A DNA stretch of 64,000 bases from the human T2T-CHM13v2.0 reference genome, Homo sapiens, in assembly GCF_009914755.1 (NCBI RefSeq), contig NC_060939.1; one strand, given 5' to 3'. Of this stretch, positions 1 to 64,000 are shown one piece after another. Under the pieces are notes generated by a model, which did not search any database, was not told the DNA's origin, and saw only the letters and a list, made by a program, of their open reading frames with translations. Position numbers and translations under genes: made by a program. Every line of letters begins with the position of its first letter. Position 1 is the first letter of the stretch.

Positions 1-211
1 TCCTCCTGCCTCGGCCTCCTAAAATGCTGGGATTACAGGCATGAGCCACCATGCCCAGCCCTTTTAGAAATATATATATATAATTTTTTTTTTTGAGACA
101 GGGTCTTGTTCTGCCATTCAGGCTGGAGTGCAGTGGCACAATCACCACTCACTGTAGCTTTGAACTCCTGGGCTCAAGCTATCCTCCTACCTCAGCCTCC
201 CGAGGAGCTGA

Positions 212-487
<276 letters not shown>

Positions 488-519
488 TGAACCACCCAAC
501 CTAGCTCAAAAACTTTTAG

Positions 520-810
520 TCTAATTTTGATAGATATAAGGGCTGTTTCCAGTTTTTTACTGGTTACAGTGCTGCTGTGAACATTCTTGTACATGTATCC
601 TGATGGCTGTGAGTTTTCCTGAGGTTTATTTAGGAGAGGTTTGGCTGCGTCACAGGGTATCATTCACACCAACTTGCAAGCCCAACAGTAGTGGGATTGT
701 TGACATCTTCACCAACACTTGATATTTACAGATTTTAACATTTTAAATTTATTTATTTATTTTATTTTTTGCTAACCTGTAAAGCACTATCTCACTGCAG
801 ATTTAAAATG
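520..810 (-). mobile_element. Old L1 (L1M-type) 3' fragment, continued at ~4056-4230
   Basis: Resembles the reverse of the L1 3' region (gctgtgaacattcttgtacatg...tatctcactg). The same consensus resumes after the pseudogene (tttaatttgtatttcc...tattcaagtc). Boundaries approximate. Confidence 0.6.
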
Positions 811-818
811 TAGCTTAT

Positions 819-1237
<419 letters not shown>

Positions 1238-1468
1238 CTACAAAAAATTAAAAAAAAAAAAATTAACTGGGGATGGTGGCATGTGGGAGGTGAGGTGGGA
1301 GGATGCCTCAAGTCCAGGAGCTCAAGGTTACAGTGAGCTTTGATCACACCACTGCACTCCAGCCTGGGTGACAGAGCAAGACCCTGTCTCTTAAAAAAAA
1401 GAAAAAAAGTAATTTAGTCTTCTGTACTCCTGGTGTTGCTTATGTGCTTGTTTGGTTGGATCTGGTAC

Positions 1469-2574
1469 TGTTACCGCAACATGACCTCAATTCTTTTTTT
1501 TTTTTTGAAATGGAATCTCACTTTGTTGCCCAGTGTGATCTGGGCTCACTGCAACCTCCACCTCCAGGGTTCAAGTGATTCTTGTGCCTTAGCCTCCCAA
1601 ACAGTTGGCACTACAGGCACACGCCACCATGCCCGGCTAATTTTTCTATTTTTATTTTATTTTTTTCAGACGGAGTCTTGCTCTGTCACCCAGGCTGGAG
1701 TGTAGTGGCTTGATCTTGGCTCACTGAAATCTCCACCTCCCAGGTTCAAGCGATTCTCCTGCCTCAGCCTCCCGAGTAGCTGGGACTACAGGCACCCGCC
1801 ACCAGGCCCAACTAATTTTTTGTATTTTTTAATAGAGACAGGGTTTCGCTGGGCAGAGAGCAGCTGCCCAGGCTGGTCTGAACGCCTGACCTCAAGTGAT
1901 CCACCCGCTTTGGCCTCCCAAAGTGCTGGGATTACAGGCATGCGTCACTGTGCACAGCCAAATTTTTGTATTTTTAGTAGAGACGGGTCTTCATCATGTT
2001 TGCCAGGGTGGTCTCTAACTCCCAGCCTCAGGTGATATGCATGTCTTGGACTCCCAAAGTGCTGGGACTACAGGCGGGGGCCACTGCGCTGGCCCTCAGT
2101 TCTTTCAGGAAGTCCCAAAACCTGTGAAATTAACCATCCTCCCAGCTGCGCTTGCTTACAGAAACAAAGGCCAGGTGCCAATAACCAGGAACCAGCCACA
2201 AGATGAACTGAACTCAGCAGTGCTGCCTTGACCTGAGTTACTGCTTCACTGCTATACTAAAATCTCCACTCAGTGCGGAGAAATGTACCTTGCTAAGCAC
2301 AAACAGTGCCAGGTGCAAAAAGAATCTACACACTCCAGCTGCTCCTGGAAGAACCCATCCAGGAATCCCTACCCCAGTCTTCACCTATCTGCCCAAAAAA
2401 CCCTTAAGATCCCCCTTTACCCAATGTCCAGGGAGCAGGTGCTTTGAGCAGAAGCTCCCCTTTTCCATTCTTGACCAATGAACGTTTCTGCTCTGCTTTA
2501 CTGAACCTGGTTTCATTTTATTGGTAAGAACTGCACTGGACGGGTCAAGCGACCCTCCCTTGAGGGCGGTAACA
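1469..2574 (+). mobile_element. Solo ERV LTR (~500 bp after Alu removal; likely ERV1 class)
   Basis: Perfect 9-bp inverted termini TGTTACCGC (1469-1477) and GCGGTAACA (2566-2574). 4-bp TSD GTAC at 1465-1468 and 2575-2578. Orientation inferred from the polyA-like AATGAA at ~2477. Family not assigned. Confidence 0.8.
1497..2094 (-). mobile_element. Alu with a second Alu (~1645-1960) inserted in its A-rich linker, inside the LTR
   Basis: TSD ctcaattcttt (1486-1496) / ctcagttcttt (2095-2105). Inner element flanked by aatttttctattttta / aatttttgtattttta. Confidence 0.85.
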
Positions 2575-3224
2575 GTACCTGCTTTGTGAAGCAGCAGCTG
2601 CAGAGATTCTGGTGCTTGCCATGGCCATGGAAGCTCAAGGAAGAAGTTAAGACTGAGAACAACGATCATATTTGTTTGAAGGTGGTGTGGCAGGATAGTT
2701 CTGTGGCGCAGTTTAAGAGGCATACACTGCCTAGTAAACTGATGAGAGCCTATTGTGAATAACAGGATTTGTCAATGAGGCAGATCAGATTCGGATTTGA
2801 TGGGCAGTCAATCAATGAAACAGACATACCTGCACAGTTGGTAATGGAGGATGAATACACAATTGACGTTTTCCTGCAGGAGACAGGTGTCTACTAAAAA
2901 AGGAACCTACTACTTTACTCCAAACCTCTGTTCTTACAGACCAAGATTACATCCTCAATTAGAAAACTGCAATTTGGTTCCACTACATCCCGACCAATAT
3001 AGTATAGTTTTATTTCATTTTCACCTTCCCCTTTCCTTTGCTGTACATACAGTAATGGGTATGTGTGCACCAGCATATTGCATTTGTGTTTTTGTTTGTT
3101 TTTTTGTAAAATGGCCAATGGTGTGTTCTGATTGACATCAGGTGGAGATGGGACTGGGAAAAATACTGCTTCTGTGAAAATACCCCCTTTCTCCATTCTT
3201 GGCATGCTCATTCAGCTCTTATCT

Positions 3225-3703
<479 letters not shown>

Positions 3704-4233
3704 TAAAAAATGACAACATAAAAATCCTTCCATACTTTATTCAACTGAAGAATTTTAATGTTTTTCATTTATCATTGTAAAAACCAAGGACAATTGTATA
3801 ACTTAAAAAAATCCTTCTAATCAGTGGATGATTTTTGTACATAGCTTTCACATGTAGGGTAATCTGTCTTTAAGTAGGGATAAATTACTTAAAAATAAAC
3901 CAAATCATGGCTCACTGCAGCCTCAACCTTCTGGGCTCAAGCGATCCTCCCACCTTGGCCTCCCAAAGTGCTGAGATTACAGGCGTGAGCCACTGTGTCT
4001 ACAAAGTCTTGGGGTTTAAATAAATTTGGTTAAAATGAAAAAAAGTAAAATTGACTTTAATTTGTATTTCCTGTATTTCTAATGATATACTAGGCATCAT
4101 GTTATATGTTTATTGGTCATTTCTATTTCCTCTTTTGTGAAGGGCCTATTCAAGTCAGTTACCCCTGTTTTTTCCATTGTTCATCTTTTTCTCACTGAGT
4201 TGTAGGAGCTCCTGGGCATCAATCTTTTGTTAG

Positions 4234-4539
4234 TTTTTTTTTTTTTTTTTTTTTTGAGACGAAGTATTGCTCTGCCCCAGGCTGGAGTGCAGTGGCCCAA
4301 CCAATCTCGGCTCACTGCAAGCTCTGCCTCCCAGGTTCACGCCATTCTCCTGCCTCAGCCTCCCGAGTAGCTGGGACTACAGGCGGCCCCCACCACGCCC
4401 GGCTAATTTTTTGTACTTTTAGTAGAGACGGGGTTTCACTGTGTTAAGCCAGGATGGTCTCGATTTCCTGACCTCGTGATCCGCCCGCCTCGGCCTCCCA
4501 AAGTTCTGGGATTAGCAGCGTGAGCCACCGCGCCCGGCC
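4234..4539 (-). mobile_element. AluY
   Basis: T tail, AluY diagnostics (gcaagctc, ttcacgccattctcc, ccaggatggtctcgat), CpG-rich. Confidence 0.9.
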
Positions 4540-4849
4540 CTTTCGTCAGTTTTAACACATCCTTTGTTAAGCATGAATGTGTTTTATCTCTCTGGCTAAC
4601 TTGTTAGGTCAGTGGGTAAGAGGGCAGGGGTAGGAACTACAGAATAATAAATTAGACCAGTTAAGGAACGTTTAGGATTACAACTTCCTGCTTCCCTTAT
4701 AGCTCTCTCCACGTCTGTCAAAGTGTTGGAACGGCAGCATCCCCTATAAAGGCCCCTCTTAAAAAGTGAAGATTATTACCCTCCCATGGGAGGGAAGGCT
4801 ACCTACAGGCTGTTTTTGTTTTGCTTTATTTTCTAGAAAACCAATCACA

Positions 4850-5162
4850 GGCCGGATGCGGTGGCTCACGCCTGTAATCCCAGCTCTTTGGGAGGCCAAG
4901 GCGGGTGGATCACCTGAGGTCGGGAGTTCGCCACCAGCCTGACCAAAATGGAGAAACGCCGTCTCTACTAAAAATACAAAATTAGCCGGGCGTCGTGGCG
5001 CAGGCCTGTAATCCCAGCTACTCAGGAGGCTGAGGCAGGATAATCGCTTGAACCTGGGAGGCGGAGATTGCGGTGAGCGGAGATCGCGCCATTGCGCTCC
5101 GGCCTGGACAATAAGAGCGAAACTCCATGTCCAAAAAAAAAAAAAAAAAAAGAAAAGAAAAA
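4850..5162 (+). mobile_element. AluS (Sp-like) with 15-bp TSD AGAAAACCAATCACA
   Basis: Full dimer. TSD at 4835-4849 and 5163-5177. Confidence 0.9.
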
Positions 5163-5219
5163 AGAAAACCAATCACAACAAGGCAGATAAATTAGGATGA
5201 GTTGTCAGATTTTGATAAC

Positions 5220-6620
5220 TGCGGATGAGGGGCGTGGACACACGGTTGGGAACTCGCAGCCGCTCATTGGTGGCTGGTGCGGGGGAAGTTGTTTCATTTG
5301 CCCCAGGTGTTGCCCAGTGACCTCCTGCGCGTGCGCCGCGTCTGTCCAGCTGCGCGGGAAGCTCAGGGGAGGGAAGGCCAGGTTCCATCCATTCAGTCAC
5401 TCCAGACCTGGCACCCAGCCAAGCGCGCGGTTCCTTTACAGACTTTCCTGCGGGTCCACAGAAATGCAAGGATCCGCCTCTGTGCTGGAATTAGAGTCTG
5501 GGAGGGGGAATGCACAGTGCGCCCTGGGTGGTATTTTAGTTGTCGCCTTCAGGGCTAGCTCCGAGCCTCGTGCCCCGGCCTCCTCAGCGCTTAAGGAATC
5601 TCTGGAGCGCATGTCTTGGCGAGGGGAAGTGGGGCCCCGTTGAAGCTGTCGAGGCGTCTCTGAGAGGGGTGGGCTGGGGCCTGGAGAGGCCTCCGTGAGG
5701 ACGCCGTTTGCTCTGGGCTCTGCCTGGCAGGGGACTTTGGAACCTGGCCTGAAGTGTTCAAGAAGCGGGCGCGGGGGCAACACGCGCGCGGGGACGCAGT
5801 AAGATCACAGGCTGCAAAGAAAACAGCACTAAGCGTCCTGGAGGACGCTGGAGCTTCAGGATAGTGTCCTTCCAGGTCGTGGGACCGCCCCCTCCTCCCG
5901 CACTCCACCTTCCCGCAACTGGATCACTCGGCGGAAGCCTCAGGTGGGCCCCGGGGTCCAAGTCCGCCGCCGGGAGGGCGGGGGCGGGCCCCGAACCGCC
6001 GACTGCAGGGCGCGTCACGGCAGCCGCTCCTGATTGGCGGCCACGGCGGTCACGGGCAAGGTGCCCCGGGATTGACGCCGCCTGTGGCCAGAGCCGGAGT
6101 AACGGGACTCCCAGCTGCGCGTCGCAGTCCCGACGCGAGAAGGGCTGGAGTCGGCGTCCAGCCTAGAGCCCCCGGTGGGAGCCAGGCCGGGACGCGTGCA
6201 CCATGCCCTACCTGCTCATCAGCACCCAGATCCGCATGGTGAGTACCGGCCGCCTGGCGACTTGGAGCCGGGACCAGGCCCTAGGGGGCTGCGACTGCAC
6301 CTTCATGCCTCCCTCCTGGGCTGCACCCACCGGGGACTGGACCGGGAACCCGCCCAGACACGCCCCCTTGGCCGGGGAGAGGGAGTGGAGAAGCGGGCTC
6401 AGCTCGGCTTCCGGGACTCAGCGAGCTCTGGCCGGCCTGAAGCCTTTATTGCCGCGAAGGGGCCCGGGTACGTGCGTCCCGGCAACAGGGCGACCTCCGG
6501 GCGCTTCCGGCTCCTGTCCTACCTGTCGGCGGGAGAGACCCAGGGAGCCCTGGCCTCACGCGCAGCACCTAGTGCCCTGCACAGAGCCGCTCCGCAGGGG
6601 AAAAAAGGGCGAATAACCTG
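5220..6620 (+). promoter_or_regulatory. GCHFR: GCHFR CpG-island promoter
   Basis: High GC and CpG density. GC boxes at ~5975-5990 and an inverted CCAAT (tgattggc) at 6031-6038, upstream of ATG 6203. Confidence 0.85.
6203..6238 (+). CDS. GCHFR: GCHFR coding exon 1
   Basis: GCACCATGC start; donor ATG|gtgagt. Confidence 0.96.
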
Positions 6621-9371
6621 AGAGAAAGAGGTTTGGAAAAGATAAGGACCTGCCAAGGCGCTAAAACCCCGGTGCCAAGTCCTTGACCCATAAACAGCAA
6701 CTAGCTGCACCCTTAGGCACTTCCAGGAAGGGCTATCCCTGAAGCTTTAGGGAAGGAAGAAAAGAAAGAACACCCTGCTTGGAAAAAAGGAAGGCGAGAA
6801 GGGGCTGTGCAGTTAGAGGTGGGAACACCATGAGTTAGAAGTCACGTTCCTTTCTCTGGGCGCAGTTTCCTTATCTGTAAAAAGGTTCTGATTGCCCCTC
6901 AGGAGTCCCCTTTTAGCTTCAGAAAGACATGACGGGCAGCAAGGTGCTCTCTGCCCTTGCTCACTGCCCAGTGCTGGGGTGAACCAGCAAAGGGTACACA
7001 ACCCCCTTGGTGGGTTCACCACGCAACAGAGAGCTCTTGCAGAGCCCTGGGCAGCGGTTTGTGAAGCAGCCATCTGCTCAGCTGCCAAAATGTGGATTCC
7101 TGGGTCCCTTCCCAGACCTCCTAAAACTCTGTCTGGGGCTTGGGAACCCATACTTGGAAATGGCCCCCCAAAGTGATTCTTATTTCTTAAAAGATATGGC
7201 TTTATTGATATGTAATGTGCATACCATAAATTCTTTGATTTAAAGTGTACAATTCAGTGTTGTTGTTTCTTTAGTGTACTCAGAGTTGTGCAACCATCAC
7301 CATAATCAGTTTTAGAACATTTCTAATACCCCAAAAGGAAACCCTGTACCCACTGGCAGACACTCTTGATTTCCCCCAAGTCCCTCAGCCCTAGATAACC
7401 ACTAATTACCTTTCTGTGGTAATGTGATCTGAGTCTGGCTTCTTTCATTTACATGTTTATTTTGTTTTGTTTTTTTGAAATGGAGTCTCACTCTGTCACC
7501 CAGGCTGGAGTGCAGTGGTGCAATCATGGCTCACTGCAGCCTCAAACTCCTCCCACCTCAAGCGATCCTCCCACCTCAGCCTCAGTAGCTGGAACTATAG
7601 GCTCGTGATACTTTGCCTGGCTAAAGCTGAGCTTTAAGGCACTAGGGAGGGCGCCTACATTGCTCCTCCTGATCATTGATGGGCTCCACCCCTTCACAGC
7701 TTGTGCTCAGCCCCTAAGAATCCTTGCTACTCTCTGTAGCCTTTACCTGAACCTTACTCAGGGCTAGCAGGCAGGGGAGGAAGGACAGGCAAGACCTTCC
7801 ACCTCCTCCTGGCAGCCAGCCAAGCAGCCACTGTGGCTTACCTTGCAGGAGGTGGGCCCCACTATGGTGGGCGATGAACAGTCGGATCCAGAGCTGATGC
7901 AGCATCTGGGGGCTTCAAAGAGAAGAGCCTTGGGAAACAACTTGTAAGTAGCAGCCTCCCTCAGTATCCTCTCCCTGCCAGCCCCTAGACCTGCCTCTGC
8001 TCCCTTTATACAACCTCCAAGCCCAGGGACAGGGCCCAGCATCAGAGCCCCCTGCCTGCATCCTGGGGCTCTGTTCTCCGGAGGAGTTGGTCCCATCTGT
8101 AGCCTCTCCAACATCCCCCCTCTCCCCCACGAGGCTTGCTCTGAAAGCTTTCCACATCCTTACTGGAACCGCAGAAACAGAGTCCGTTCCCTGGGTCTAG
8201 GACTCCACTAGCAGACTGTTCCTTGCCCTGCCCTCTCCTAAGCTGGACCCCATCAAGGACAGACAGGCACAGAGAGAAAGGTTTTTGTCGTGAGGATCTG
8301 CATGAGTCGCAAAGCTAAGCCCTAGAAGCAGGGAGCAGGGAGCCTGCGTCCTACCTCCAGGGTGGCTGCTGCCTGGGGACCTAGCCATTTCCCTTGGCAT
8401 TCTTCCTAATGCCTCCATGTCTAAACTGTGACTACTGCTTCCATTCCTCCTCTCACCCCTGGAGGCAGGGAGAACCCAAGCTACACAGGCTCTCTGAAAA
8501 GAGTTGTCAGAGTGAGTGCCAGTTCAAATCGGGGAAAGAGGAGGGCTGATCCCAGCCCCTGGGTCAAGGCTCGGGGACAGAAGCCAGCCCCCTCCCTTTG
8601 CCATGAGGCACTTGCCTCTCCATGCCCAGCTTGGGGCTTGAGCCCTTTGTCTGCTTCATGGTCTTTCAGCATCAATTAAACCTGACAGAAGGACTACCAG
8701 CACTCTCCATGCTAGGGAGTGGCGCACAGAGCCAGGAGCTACTGGGGCTCAGCCTTGTTGCTACAGAACTGCAGGACAGCCAGGGCAGTGAGGGGCCTGG
8801 AGGCTTATTTTTTTTTGAAATGGAGTCTCTGTCGCCCAGGCTGGAGTGCGGTGGTGCAATCATGGCTCACTGCAGCCTCAGCCTCCTCCTACCTGGAAGC
8901 CTGGGTGGGGAGCAAGCCCAGGGAGGGCGGCAGCAGGGCTGTGGTCAGACTAACATGGTCTACCATCTGGGACGCTGGGGAACCTGATTAACCCCTCTGT
9001 TTTCTCATCTATCAATGGCCACAACAGTGGCACCTTCACTAGCTTGTTGGGAAGAATAAATGAGATAGCTCGTGAAGTACCTAGAAGGGGAGGAGGCAGG
9101 GGGCGTGCACTTACCCCAGCGCCCAGCAAGCAGCCAGCAAGTGTGAGTCACTACAAGAGTGGCCAGGCTGCCTGCTGCAGACACTAGCTTTGTACCAGGA
9201 GCTTGCTGTGTGCCCCTCCTCACCCCCCCCATCCTGTCTCTTTGCAGTTATGAATACTACGTCGATGACCCTCCCCGCATAGTCCTGGACAAGCTGGAAC
9301 GCAGGGGCTTCCGTGTGCTGAGCATGACGGGGGTGGGCCAGACGCTGGTGTGGTGTCTGCACAAGGAGTGA
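6203..9371 (+). CDS. GCHFR: GTP cyclohydrolase I feedback regulatory protein (GFRP), 84 aa; join(6203..6238,7849..7943,9248..9371)
   Basis: Spliced 255 nt gives [84 protein letters not shown]. All introns GT-AG and phases consistent. Confidence 0.97.
7190..7460 (-). mobile_element. L1MB-like 3' end fragment in GCHFR intron 1
   Basis: tttaaagtgtacaattcagtg...gttgtgcaaccatcacc...aaaccctgtaccc. Confidence 0.7.
7849..7943 (+). CDS. GCHFR: GCHFR coding exon 2
   Basis: ccttgcag|GAG ... TT|gtaagt; 95 nt. Confidence 0.96.
9248..9371 (+). CDS. GCHFR: GCHFR coding exon 3
   Basis: tttgcag|T TAT GAA ... GAG TGA. Confidence 0.96.
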
Positions 9372-9709
9372 CCTTCTCATGCTGATTTGCAGACGGGGCA
9401 CCCCTGTGGAGGGGCTGCTGTGGGCCCTGACCTCCAAGCTCCTGCCTCACCGTCTGCCTTGCTCCTCTCTTCCCAAATCATCACCGCCATGGGCCCAGCC
9501 CCAAAGGGCAGTGAATGGCCTTCTCTGAAACCCTGCGTCAAGCAGTGGGAGAGGGCAGTGCCCGGTGCCCTGGTGCTCCCAGCTGCCCTCCTGCTTCGGG
9601 CCTGGGCCGAGGGCCTTGTGTAGGCCATGTTCCTCGGGCAGCTGCCCCGGGCCGGAGCTGGGCACTCCAGCGGCCCTGGCGCGTGGCTCCTGCATAGCTA
9701 GCCCAAGCC

Positions 9710-9715
9710 AATAAA
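9710..9715 (+). terminator. GCHFR: GCHFR polyadenylation signal
   Basis: AATAAA ~340 nt after the stop, followed by GT-rich sequence. Confidence 0.85.
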
Positions 9716-9908
9716 GGGCTGTGATGAGTGGCTGCGCCTGTGCTCTGCTTGTGCACGGACTCTGGGACTCTCACCCTGCGGAGCGTTTCCCTGGGGGTCT
9801 GCCCACTTCCTGGGAGGGGCGCCAGGCCTGGGTGGAGCGCTCTGCGGCAGAGCCCAGCACCTTATACCTATGTATGGGATAGAGGTAAAATCTTAAAAAA
9901 AAAAAAAA

Positions 9909-9914
9909 TTTATT
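9909..9914 (-). terminator. DNAJC17: DNAJC17 polyadenylation signal
   Basis: TTTATT on + (AATAAA on -), 47 nt past the stop codon. Confidence 0.85.
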
Positions 9915-9961
9915 GGTGACGTTGAAGAAAAGGGCTGAGGGGTGGATGGCTGGAGCTGGGG

Positions 9962-49470
<39,509 letters not shown>

Positions 49471-49613
49471 GGTTCCGGCCTGACGGATTCGTACTACAAC
49501 TCCCAAGAGTCTAAGCGCGCGTGAGGACTGCAGGCTCCGAGCGGCGCCTAGCCCTCTGGGAATTGTGTTCTGGGTCAGGCTTGACTGACTCTGAGGGAGG
49601 CCGGCAGTCGTGA

Positions 49614-56252
<6,639 letters not shown>

Positions 56253-56571
56253 AGACACCCTGGTCCTCCCGGAAGGGCAGTCCCACAGGCAGCGGCACCC
56301 ATTTCTGGGCCCCGCCACAGGACGTCCGATGGGAGAGCTTGTCTGGCTCTACTGATGATGGATAGGCCCCTTCCTGAGCCTTGGTGTCCCTGGAATGAGG
56401 AAAGATTCTCCATTCGAGAGAATGACTGGGAGGGAAGAAGTCGGGGCCCTCCTATTAGAAGCCCAGACTGGAAGTGAGAGGCATGATGGGGAGAGACCAG
56501 ACTGAATCTACGGGTGAGCCCTGTAACCTGGCTCTAGGGCACAGGCCCCTCCCCTGGCACTTAGTGGGTCT

Positions 56572-56577
56572 AATAAA
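56572..56577 (+). terminator. ZFYVE19: ZFYVE19 polyadenylation signal
   Basis: AATAAA 320 nt after the stop. Confidence 0.8.
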
Positions 56578-57721
56578 GTATGTTGATTCATTGGGCCCAG
56601 CATCTCATTTCTACAACCCTATGAGCCTGGGCCCTGTGAGAGGTGGCAGGAACAGAGCAGGCTGTAAGCACAGTTGTGGGGAATGGGGGAAAAGGTTGAG
56701 CCATCCTATGAACTTCTCCAGGCAGGAACAGCCCTACCCATCCTGGTGGCCTCATACGAAGTAAACATGTATTCATTCAACTCAACTGTGCTCCAGCTCT
56801 GGGCAGCCCCACTTAGCCACCAGTCCCCACCATCTTGGATTTCTCAGCCTCTCTACTGCTCACACAATGCACGCAGGAACAATGCACACACACCCTGCTT
56901 CCTGCCTTACTGGCAAAGGACCCCAGCTCCTAGGGCTCCTGTCCCAACCTGCCTGCCATTCAGTCTCAGTATCTCTCTTCCAGTAATGCGCCCTAACCGG
57001 ACCCCTGACCTCTCGGCATGTACCCTTTACATGCCTCTGCATTGCCTCTGCTGTTTCTCTTCCTGCCCCTGGCTGGAACCAACTATAAAGAGCCCTCGGG
57101 CTGAGGTCTACCTCCTGCATCACTTTTGGTTGGAAGAGCCTTTTCTGAGGCTCTCAGATCCAGCTAGGTTTTTCCTGTTACTTCCTCTCTGGGATTTGAA
57201 ACTAGTCTTTGCCATTGGCGTCCCTCTTGTTGGTTATGCCAGTAGGCTGTGTACCTTAGGCAGATAATGTCTGCTTGGCCCCGAGGCCTTGCTAGATTGT
57301 GATCTCTCTGAAGTGGAGCTGTGACTTTCGTCTTTGAATTCTTGAGTCCTTTGGATGGATGGATGGATGAGGTGTGTGGGCACAGCCAAGTGACTTAGGT
57401 TGTGGCCTTCCTGTGTATCACTTCATTCTCTCCTCCCCTGTCCCTCAGCACAGATATGTTCCACACTCCATTGAGCTGGGGCTCCTAAAGGTTTTATCCA
57501 CTTGGCTGCCAAGGAAGGCATTGGACAACAGCCAGCTTTCTCCCAGAGAGCCCAGCTGACAGAAACTAGCTGTGACCACACAGACAGTAGGAGTATGCAA
57601 ATGTCCCTCCTTGTCCACATTTCTTGTTTGTGTCCCAAGGAGCTATTTCCCTCTTAGCCAGGATCTGGAGTTTCAGGGCAGGCCTGGCAGTGCTGAGGCT
57701 GCTAAAGATGGTCTCTCAGGC

Positions 57722-58279
57722 TTATTTCTGAGGCCGGCTGAGTCTCCGGAGTTTCTTGAGTTGACTGAGCAGCTCAGAGATAAAAGCCTGAGGGAGAAAC
57801 AGGAGTGAGACCAGGCTTGGGGTCACAATTCACCCCCCACCCTGCCCTCCCTAATCTTCCCCTGCCCCTGACTCCCCAGAGAAGGGAGAAGGACCCACAG
57901 CCAAGCCTTCCCTTCAAATACTCCTCATTAGCTACCTCCCCCATTGGGCCTCCTCTTACCCCAGACCAGCAGAAGAACATCCCTTACCTCTGTGGGGCGG
58001 GGGCAGTTCCCAAGAATGGCCTAGATAGGAGAGAACACAGACAGGGCCCCAAGTCACAGCACTTTCCCGCAAGTCCCCACCAATCTCCCAAGAATTCTCC
58101 CCTCTGGATTGGTTCTCTGCACTCCACCAAAGGAGGCAGAACCTGGGTTTCTGGGTTCCCACTGACCCAAGGCCAGCTTCTAGCCCCCATCCTACCTCCA
58201 GCTGAGTCTTCTGCTCCTCTGTGGATAGATCCATGAGAGCTTCCAGGTCAATCTCAGGCTCAGAAGGGGTTGCTTGATC
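57722..58279 (-). CDS. PPP1R14D: Protein phosphatase 1 regulatory inhibitor subunit 14D (CPI-17 family), last three coding exons; complement(join(57722..57787,57988..58020,58196..58279)); exon 1 outside the window
   Basis: Three phase-0 exons splice to [60 protein letters not shown], the CPI-17/PHI-1 C-terminal pattern (PEID....L....C..PTE.FI.ELL). Confidence 0.93.
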
Positions 58280-58454
58280 CTATTTGGAAATCACATGGGT
58301 CTCAGAGGGGCCTGACCAGCTGGTGCTGGAATGAAGGTTACTGTCAGGGACTCAACCCACCTCTCTCCAATTTCCCATGGTTAGACTTTCTCCTCACTCA
58401 GAACACCCATTCAGTTTTCCATTCAACAGTAATTTACTAAACATATACTATATT

Positions 58455-64000
<5,546 letters not shown>

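Noticed and set aside
2851-3211. ORFs 2851..3135(+) and 2915..3211(-)
   Set aside because: Off-frame or antisense reads of the SUMO2 pseudogene and its 3'UTR.
4745-4750. TATAAA box
   Set aside because: About 1.45 kb from the GCHFR ATG and directly before an Alu, with no linked exon.
5173-6710. Overlapping 90-150 aa ORFs around the GCHFR promoter, including 6203..6616
   Set aside because: Stop-poor GC-rich CpG island. 6203..6616 is exon 1 reading into the intron past the donor at 6238.
56674-57267. 197-aa ORF between ZFYVE19 and PPP1R14D
   Set aside because: Non-ATG start, lies downstream of the ZFYVE19 polyA signal, and has no recognisable domain or splice support.

Overview
Mammalian genomic DNA that I recognise as the human (or very close great-ape) chr15q15.1 locus. 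Five protein-coding genes were reconstructed exon by exon with splice phases checked: GCHFR (+, 3 exons, 84 aa); DNAJC17 (-, 11 exons, 304 aa, 27.4-kb intron 1); intronless C15orf62 (+, 175 aa, nested antisense in DNAJC17 intron 10); ZFYVE19/ANCHR (+, 11 exons, 471 or 396 aa, GC-AG first intron, head-to-head with DNAJC17); and the last three coding exons of PPP1R14D (-, exon 1 lies beyond the window). Upstream of GCHFR is a processed SUMO2 pseudogene that sits in an old L1 and is itself interrupted by a solo LTR and nested Alus. The rest is Alu-dense with L1, L2, MIR and hAT fragments, and most ORFs in the track are Alu read-throughs. No prokaryote-type system (CRISPR, operon) is present. Best leads: (1) a BORG/CDC42EP-like septin-binding motif at the C-terminus of the uncharacterised C15orf62; (2) two extra tandem MIM1-like motifs in ZFYVE19 exon 5; (3) the long ZFYVE19 N-terminus starts by translating a ZNF143 promoter motif; (4) a possible decayed or non-coding + strand multi-exon unit hidden in DNAJC17 intron 1. 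Gene and motif identifications rest on my recall of the proteins, not on database searches, and repeat boundaries are approximate.
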